NCBI GenBank assembly: GCA_021108295.1
Contig: JAIORF010000005.1
Location: 72,531 to 136,530, forward strand
Direction: 5' to 3'
DNA: 64,000 bases
From: a bacterium
GTDB lineage: Bacteria; Patescibacteriota; Dojkabacteria; SC72
The notes below the pieces were generated by a model. That model ran no database searches. It had not been told where the DNA came from and worked only from the letters and a program-made list of their open reading frames with translations. Shown in pieces: positions 56,608-64,000 of this stretch. A program made the translations under genes and the position numbers. The number at the start of each line of letters is the position of its first letter. The first letter of the stretch is position 1.

Positions 56608-56907
56608 ATGGCAGAATTAAAAATACAACCGTTAGGTAATCGTATATTAGTTATCCCTCGTGCAGAAGAAGAAACCTTAGCAGGTGGTTTAGTTGTACCC
56701 CCAAGTGCTAGTGATGATAAAAGACCAGCTGTAGGTGAAGTTCTTAAATTAGGGATTGGTAAAGATGAAAACGGTAAAGATTTTGTATTCCAGGTTAAAC
56801 CTAAAGATACAATATATTTCAAGAAATACTCTCCAGAGGAAGTGGAGATTGATGGTGAGCAATATCTCATCTTAGACGCTAGTGATATATTAGCAGTAAT
56901 TAAGTAG
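56608..56907 (+). CDS. groES: Co-chaperonin GroES
   Basis: MAELKIQPLGNRILVIPRAEEETLAGGLVVP...; 99 aa. Confidence 0.9.
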   Translation: MAELKIQPLGNRILVIPRAEEETLAGGLVVPPSASDDKRPAVGEVLKLGIGKDENGKDFVFQVKPKDTIYFKKYSPEEVEIDGEQYLILDASDILAVIK

Positions 56908-56911
56908 TTAA

Positions 56912-58555
<1,644 letters not shown>

Positions 58556-58601
58556 AATATACATAAGAACAGGTTGTATAATAAGTTGTTGGGAAAATTC
58601 T

Positions 58602-59147
58602 ATGGCTGTCAAAATTACATATTTTGTTCATGGCACTACTACTGATAACGAAAATGAAGTTTCATCTGGCTGGTATGATGTAGAACTCTCTGATTTAGGT
58701 ATTCAGCAATCAAAAGAATTGAAAGATTTGATTAAAGATAAAGGGATTGACATTGTTTTTTGTTCAGATCTCAAACGTGCAGTAGATTCGGCAGAGTTAA
58801 CATTCAAAGGAGATATTGAAATTATTAAGGACAGAAGACTTCGTGAGTGCAATTACGGTAAATATAATGCTCAGCCTTCCAAAATTGTAGAGCCATTACA
58901 AAAACAAAATATCACGAAGAAATTTCCTGAAGGAGAGAGCTATGAGGATGTGAAGAAACGCATGAATGATTTTATTGAATTCTTAAAGGAAAATTATAAT
59001 GGTAAGCATATTGCAATTGTTGCTCATAAAGCTCCTCAATTGGCATTAGATGTTTTGTTAGGAGGACAATCGTGGGAGCAGGCAATTGCTGCTGATTGGA
59101 GGAAAAAGAAAAAGTGGCAGCCAGGGTGGAATTATATAGTGAATTAA
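58602..59147 (+). CDS. Histidine phosphatase (phosphoglycerate-mutase-like) family protein
   Basis: ITYFVHGTTTDNE is the RHG-type catalytic motif variant. A second His-containing segment AHKAP lies near the C-terminus. Confidence 0.55.
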   Translation: MAVKITYFVHGTTTDNENEVSSGWYDVELSDLGIQQSKELKDLIKDKGIDIVFCSDLKRAVDSAELTFKGDIEIIKDRRLRECNYGKYNAQPSKIVEPLQKQNITKKFPEGESYEDVKKRMNDFIEFLKENYNGKHIAIVAHKAPQLALDVLLGGQSWEQAIAADWRKKKKWQPGWNYIVN

Positions 59148-59163
59148 TAGTTCCCTATATTAG

Positions 59164-59688
59164 CTAATAAACCACCTCCTGCATAACAACCTTCCCAATA
59201 ACACTGTTCTCTCTCTTGTTGTAACTCTCTACCCTTAACTTACCATCCCTACTTACCAAAACAATATCATCAACACACAACTCACAATTAGGACTCACAA
59301 ACAAAAAACCATTCGAAGCACTAAGTAAACTACTAAACTTCACTACCCCCATATCAACTACAAAACTCTCATGATCTAACCTAGTAACCCATGTAGGACA
59401 ATTGTAGTAAGTTAAAGTATTCTCCTTCTTAAAAACCAAATCCTTAGGAACTGACGTAAACAAAGGAACCTGAAAAACATTAACACTATCCCCATCCACA
59501 AGATCCCCTGCGGAAACACTCAAAGCATTAGCCAACTTATCAATCTGATTCATAGGAGAACTCTCCCCCCTCTCATACCTTGAAATCATCTCCCAAGTAA
59601 TACCCACCTTATCCGCCAACTCATCCTGAGTTAACTTCAACCTCTTTCTATACTTCCGTATATTCTCCCCTATATCATGATATTCCAT
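59164..59688 (-). CDS. XRE-family HTH regulator with a C-terminal LexA/S24-like beta-barrel domain (catalytic Ser not evident)
   Basis: The N-terminal HTH reads IRKYRKRLKLTQDELADKVGITWEMISRYERGESSP. The C-terminal ...DDIVLVSRDGKLRVESY... resembles the S24/LexA C-terminal fold. Confidence 0.45.
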   Translation of the reverse strand: MEYHDIGENIRKYRKRLKLTQDELADKVGITWEMISRYERGESSPMNQIDKLANALSVSAGDLVDGDSVNVFQVPLFTSVPKDLVFKKENTLTYYNCPTWVTRLDHESFVVDMGVVKFSSLLSASNGFLFVSPNCELCVDDIVLVSRDGKLRVESYNKRENSVIGKVVMQEVVY

Positions 59689-59753
59689 ATATATGAATTG
59701 TAATGAATATTCACGAAAGGATATATAGACACGGGTATCATAAATACGGAATA

Positions 59754-60275
59754 CTAACCACTATGTGCGACAATATGCAACCAATTCTCCTTCAACCAAC
59801 CCTCACTCTGCCCTAATATACCGCCCAAACCCCTCTCTACCATCTCTCTTTTTACAACACCCCCCTGATGAGGATATTTGTAAAGTCTCTTTAGTGGAGA
59901 ATTAAAACCATGAGTGTAATGACACAACTCGTGAGCAATTGTTGAAATAAGGAGATATTCTGGAATCAAACTATCCTGGAAATACTTTGTAAGGACAACA
60001 ATAGAGACACTCTGTACATCCTGACTCAATATCTCCTCCTCATACTCCCTCAGTAAAGACTTAACCTTTGTTTTCTCCCTCGCATACTTAATACACCCAA
60101 GCTGTCTCTTAGAATACTTACCAAACTTAGCAAGAACAAAATTCCTCCTTGGAACATCACTAAAATACTCATCCCATACATCGTACAACAAGTTTTGAAG
60201 GTAAAGATTGTCTCGCACTTCTAGATTAGAATGAATTAAAATGATATTGTATATTAACATGAACAAGCGTATCAA
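59754..60275 (-). CDS. SprT-like zinc metallopeptidase (HExxH)
   Basis: IAHELCHYTHGFNSP fits the SprT-like HE(L/M)CH...HG...F signature. The exact start is uncertain because it overlaps the divergent ABC gene. Confidence 0.4.
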   Translation of the reverse strand: MIRLFMLIYNIILIHSNLEVRDNLYLQNLLYDVWDEYFSDVPRRNFVLAKFGKYSKRQLGCIKYAREKTKVKSLLREYEEEILSQDVQSVSIVVLTKYFQDSLIPEYLLISTIAHELCHYTHGFNSPLKRLYKYPHQGGVVKREMVERGLGGILGQSEGWLKENWLHIVAHSG

Positions 60276-62073
60276 AGAAAAACTTAAAACACTCAGAGAG
60301 GTAGTAGCATTCTTCTACGGAAGATATACCATATGGGTAGTACTAAGAGATATACTTTTTATAGCTATCACTGTAGCAGAAATGTACAACATTAAAGTAA
60401 TGGGTAACTTTCTAGACAGTATGTCGGTACTACTAGAAACTGGAGTAGAAGAATTCCATATACAAGAATTTGTACCTACAGACGCATTCTTCTTCCTCAT
60501 GATGACACTACTACTTTGGATAGTGATAAATATTGGGAACAAAGTAAGAGCCAATATCTATGAAAATATGAACGATAGAATATGGTCTGACTGTAACTTA
60601 GGGATGGTTAACAAAATATCCAAGTCAAACCTTCAAGGCATTATGGACCCAGAATTTCAAGACCTTGTAACATATGTACCAGCATATTCAATTGACAATA
60701 TGATTCTCTCATACCAAGCATTCTCAAATATCGTGTCACAAGGTATAAGATTGGCAACATCTCTTACCATCATGTTCATAGATATGCGACTCTCAATCCT
60801 CTTCCTTGCAATCTTTGTACTACCAGAAGTAATAGTAGGATATATTCAAAGAAAGAAGATCAGAACATACAATACAGAAGAAGTAGGTAGACTCAAACTT
60901 GTAAACTACCTCTCAACACTAGCTACAAACAACAAATTCTTCAGTGAACTGCGAGTAGACGACACATTCAGATACATCAAAAATACACTAAAGAATGAAG
61001 ACTACGAATTTCAAAGAGGACTCTTTGAAAGAAGAAAACACCTCTACATAGATACGATAGCGGCATCGGTATTTGGACAGATATTCAAATATGGATATCT
61101 CATATACATCATAGGGTACTCTCTTGTAAAAAGACTTACCATCGGTTCATTCTCAGCCCTCTTTAACTACACCACAGTCGCATACAACAGTGCTTTCAGA
61201 ATATTTGACACTGTAGCGCTACTCTCACACAGACTCTCATACGCCTCCAACTTCTTTAACCTTGTACAATGGAAAGGATTTGGCGATATCAAATATGGGA
61301 CAAAGAAATTACCAGAAGAGAATTTCACTCTTAAATTTGACGACTTAGACTTTGCATATCCAGATAAGCCAGAACGAAAGGTATTAGAAAATATCAACCT
61401 AGAAATCCAACCAGGAGAAAAAGTAGCATTCTTAGGAGGAGATAGCTCAGGAAAAAGTAGTCTAGTTAAACTACTAACAGGAATGTACGAGATTCTAGTA
61501 GGCGACTATGTAATAAGTGGGTACTCAATTAGAGAACTCAAGAGAGGAGAACTTAAGAAACATATCTCCGTAGTCTTCCAAAACTTCATAAACTACAACT
61601 TCTCTTTAGAAAAAAACATTACCATAGGACTTGATAGAAAAAATATTGACAGAGAACTCTATGAAAAAGCGCTTAAGATTACGGGTCTCGATAGGTTGAT
61701 AAAGAAAGACGGAATAGATAGTAAGGAAATTTTGGGAAGACACTTCTTAGACGGTCGTGAACTCTCCCCTGGATATTGGCAGAGAATAGCGATTGCAAGA
61801 ATGTTGTATAGAAATAAAGAGATTTTCATCATGGATGAGCCATTCACATTCATAGACAGTAAATCAAAATCAAAAATGGTAGAAGGTATCATAGATTTTG
61901 TAGGTAAAAAGAGAATTCTCATATACATAACACGAAGTACAGAAGATTTAGAAAAATTCGATAGAGTATACTACTTCAAAAATGGCCATATGGTTGAATC
62001 CGGTACCTGGAAAGAATTATTAAAGAAAAAAGGTAAAACATATAAAGGAACGAAAGTTAAGAAAAAGAAATGA
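60241..62073 (+). CDS. ABC exporter, fused permease + ATPase
   Basis: A 6-TM N-terminal domain. The ATPase carries LGGDSSGKSSLVKLL (Walker A), LSPGYWQRIAIARML (signature) and IFIMDEPFTFID (Walker B). Confidence 0.7.
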   Translation: MILYINMNKRIKEKLKTLREVVAFFYGRYTIWVVLRDILFIAITVAEMYNIKVMGNFLDSMSVLLETGVEEFHIQEFVPTDAFFFLMMTLLLWIVINIGNKVRANIYENMNDRIWSDCNLGMVNKISKSNLQGIMDPEFQDLVTYVPAYSIDNMILSYQAFSNIVSQGIRLATSLTIMFIDMRLSILFLAIFVLPEVIVGYIQRKKIRTYNTEEVGRLKLVNYLSTLATNNKFFSELRVDDTFRYIKNTLKNEDYEFQRGLFERRKHLYIDTIAASVFGQIFKYGYLIYIIGYSLVKRLTIGSFSALFNYTTVAYNSAFRIFDTVALLSHRLSYASNFFNLVQWKGFGDIKYGTKKLPEENFTLKFDDLDFAYPDKPERKVLENINLEIQPGEKVAFLGGDSSGKSSLVKLLTGMYEILVGDYVISGYSIRELKRGELKKHISVVFQNFINYNFSLEKNITIGLDRKNIDRELYEKALKITGLDRLIKKDGIDSKEILGRHFLDGRELSPGYWQRIAIARMLYRNKEIFIMDEPFTFIDSKSKSKMVEGIIDFVGKKRILIYITRSTEDLEKFDRVYYFKNGHMVESGTWKELLKKKGKTYKGTKVKKKK

Positions 62074-62135
62074 TTGTATAGAACCCTGCATATCCTGTAA
62101 AATATAGGAAGAAATATTTAACAAAGGGTCAAATA

Positions 62136-63002
62136 ATGACAATATTAGATGGAAAGACAACATCAGAAGAGATTTTAGATAAGCTAAGGAGTGAAATCTC
62201 TGATATGGTTGACAATTGTAGTAGAATTCCAAGACTCGACATCATAATGGTAGGTAACGATTTCGCAGGTGAGAAATATGTCGCTATGAAAGAGAAAAAA
62301 GGGAAGGATTTGGGAATAAAGGTGGTAGTCCATAAGTTTGAGAACAGTGTAGAAGAAAAAGAGATAATAGAACTAATTAACAAACTTAATAAAGATTCTC
62401 TAGTAGATGGAATAATGGTACAACTACCACTTCCCAGAGAGTACAAAACCTTCAACACTAAATCAATACTAGAAAGTATCGATGTCACTAAGGATGTAGA
62501 CGGACTAACATATGCCTCCCTCGGTTGGATTTGGAACGAAAGAGAAGGAATGGGCTCTGCTACACCCACTGGTATTATCTCTTTACTTCGTGAGTATGAC
62601 ATAGACCTCATAGGTAAAGATGTAGTAGTTCTGGGTAGGAGTAAGGTCGTAGGACTTCCTCTGGCTGCAATGTTTCTTAAAAGAGATTGTACAGTTACAA
62701 TAGCGCATTCTAAGACAGAAAACCTTACAGATATATGTAAGAAAGCAGACATCCTCGCAGTAGCTATTGGTAAACCACAATATATTACCTCAGAATTTGT
62801 AAAAGAGGACGCAATTGTCATAGATATAGGTACAAACCGAGACTACGAAGGAAATCTTGTAGGTGATGTTGATTTTGACGATGTAAAAAACAAATGCGAA
62901 TATATTACCCCTGTACCCGGAGGCATAGGTCCCATGACTATAGCATCTCTCTTTTCTAATTTAGTAAAAACATACAAGAAGAATGTTGCAAGACACAGAT
63001 AA
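62136..63002 (+). CDS. folD: Bifunctional methylenetetrahydrofolate dehydrogenase/cyclohydrolase
   Basis: [17 protein letters not shown]..., VQLPLP and [13 protein letters not shown]... are canonical FolD. Confidence 0.8.
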   Translation: MTILDGKTTSEEILDKLRSEISDMVDNCSRIPRLDIIMVGNDFAGEKYVAMKEKKGKDLGIKVVVHKFENSVEEKEIIELINKLNKDSLVDGIMVQLPLPREYKTFNTKSILESIDVTKDVDGLTYASLGWIWNEREGMGSATPTGIISLLREYDIDLIGKDVVVLGRSKVVGLPLAAMFLKRDCTVTIAHSKTENLTDICKKADILAVAIGKPQYITSEFVKEDAIVIDIGTNRDYEGNLVGDVDFDDVKNKCEYITPVPGGIGPMTIASLFSNLVKTYKKNVARHR

Positions 63003-64000
63003 CCCAATATACGACCTAATAGCGAAAGAAAAGAAAAGACAAATAGAAGGTATAGAACTAATTGCCTCAGAAAACTATACAAGCACTTCAGTACTCCAAG
63101 CCATGGGCTCAATTCTTACCAACAAATACTCTGAAGGATACCCCTCTAAAAGATACTACAGAGGTAACCAATATATCGATCAAATAGAAAATATTGCAAT
63201 TGATAGAGCGAAAGAACTTTTCAAAGTAGATCATGTAAATGTACAACCATGCTCAGGTTCTTCTGCGAACTTTGCAGTACATTTAGCATTCCTTAATGTT
63301 GGAGATAGGACAATGGGTATGTCACTTGATGCTGGTGGACACCTCACTCATGGATCTAAAGTCTCAGTATCAGGCAAATATTTCGACTCAGTTAATTACG
63401 GTGTAGGCGACAACGGCTTTATCAATTACGACCAAGTAAGAAAGATAGCACTAGACCATAGACCAAAATTAATATGGACTGGACTTTCTGCGTACTCAAG
63501 AGTAATAGATTGGAAAGAATTTAGGAAAATAGCTGATGAGGTAGGAGCAATACTAATTGCTGATATTGCACACATTGCAGGACTTATAGCCACTGGACAC
63601 TACCCATCTCCTGTACCACACGCAGATGTCATTACAACAACAACCCACAAGACGCTAAGAGGTCCTAGAGGGGCAATGATCATGTGTAATGAACAATATG
63701 CAGAATCCATAGATAAAGCTGTGTTTCCAGGTACTCAGGGAGGTCCACACAACCACACTATAGCCGCCATAGCAGTAGCTCTCAAAGAGGCTAGTACAGA
63801 AGAATTTAAAAAATATTCTCAACAAGTAATACTTAATGCTAAGAAACTTGCAGATGAATTAACTAAAAAAGGCTACACCATTGTATCTGGTGGTACAGAC
63901 AATCATCTAATGCTCACAGATGTCCTAAAAAGTGTCAACCTAAGTGGGAAGGAAGCAAGCTTAGCTCTTGAATGTGCAAACATTACTGTAAACAAAAACG
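62983..64000 (+). CDS. glyA: Serine hydroxymethyltransferase, 5' part; continues beyond the window
   Basis: My translation from the ATG at 62983 is [54 protein letters not shown]...; the PLP site [13 protein letters not shown] is downstream. It overlaps the folD stop by 20 nt. It is not in the ORF track because there is no stop inside the window. Confidence 0.8.
   Translation, partial: MLQDTDNPIYDLIAKEKKRQIEGIELIASENYTSTSVLQAMGSILTNKYSEGYPSKRYYRGNQYIDQIENIAIDRAKELFKVDHVNVQPCSGSSANFAVHLAFLNVGDRTMGMSLDAGGHLTHGSKVSVSGKYFDSVNYGVGDNGFINYDQVRKIALDHRPKLIWTGLSAYSRVIDWKEFRKIADEVGAILIADIAHIAGLIATGHYPSPVPHADVITTTTHKTLRGPRGAMIMCNEQYAESIDKAVFPGTQGGPHNHTIAAIAVALKEASTEEFKKYSQQVILNAKKLADELTKKGYTIVSGGTDNHLMLTDVLKSVNLSGKEASLALECANITVNKN

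Overview
The window is low-GC (~35-40%), gene-dense, and uses the standard genetic code. It has the look of a small-genome bacterium, and many traits fit a CPR/Patescibacteria-like lineage, but lineage placement is inference only. The left end is the classic origin-proximal block: a partial dnaA on the minus strand diverging from rpmH-rnpA-yidD-yidC-jag, with one DnaA box in the intergenic region. Identifiable housekeeping genes follow across the window: tRNA-Ser and tRNA-Arg, an ftsA-like gene, rnj, valS, metG, rpoD, rsmA, dnaG, a rodZ-like gene, ftsK, rpoB-rpoC-rpsL-rpsG, rplY/ctc, hrcA-grpE-dnaK, comFC, murJ, groES-groEL, folD and a partial glyA. A cell-envelope cluster holds a PEGA protein, an MraY/WecA-family transferase, a 1001-aa epimerase-TM-ectodomain fusion, two O-antigen-ligase-like polytopic proteins and a GT2 glycosyltransferase. 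Interspersed are lineage-specific hypothetical proteins and several non-coding signals that I read directly from the sequence. (1) Three heat-shock promoters (hrcA, grpE, groES) are each followed at once by a variant CIRCE operator, TTAGCA-N15-TGCTAA. (2) A promoter family TTGTGA-N18-TATA(A/C)T recurs three times, and two genes carry TATAAT 6-7 nt before the ATG, which suggests leaderless mRNAs. (3) A perfect 9-8-9 inverted repeat sits in the rnj/hypothetical divergent promoter. (4) A 389-nt convergent intergenic region of atypical composition contains a long hairpin. (5) A Pro/Thr-rich tandem-repeat membrane protein sits where fusA-tuf would normally follow rpsG. (6) A GyrI-like gene lacks any canonical start codon. 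(7) A tRNA-adjacent trio includes a CG-enriched small gene. (8) An HTH/S24-like regulator and a SprT-like metallopeptidase diverge from an ABC exporter. No CRISPR array, transposase or integrase was seen. All functional calls are motif-level recognition without database searches.
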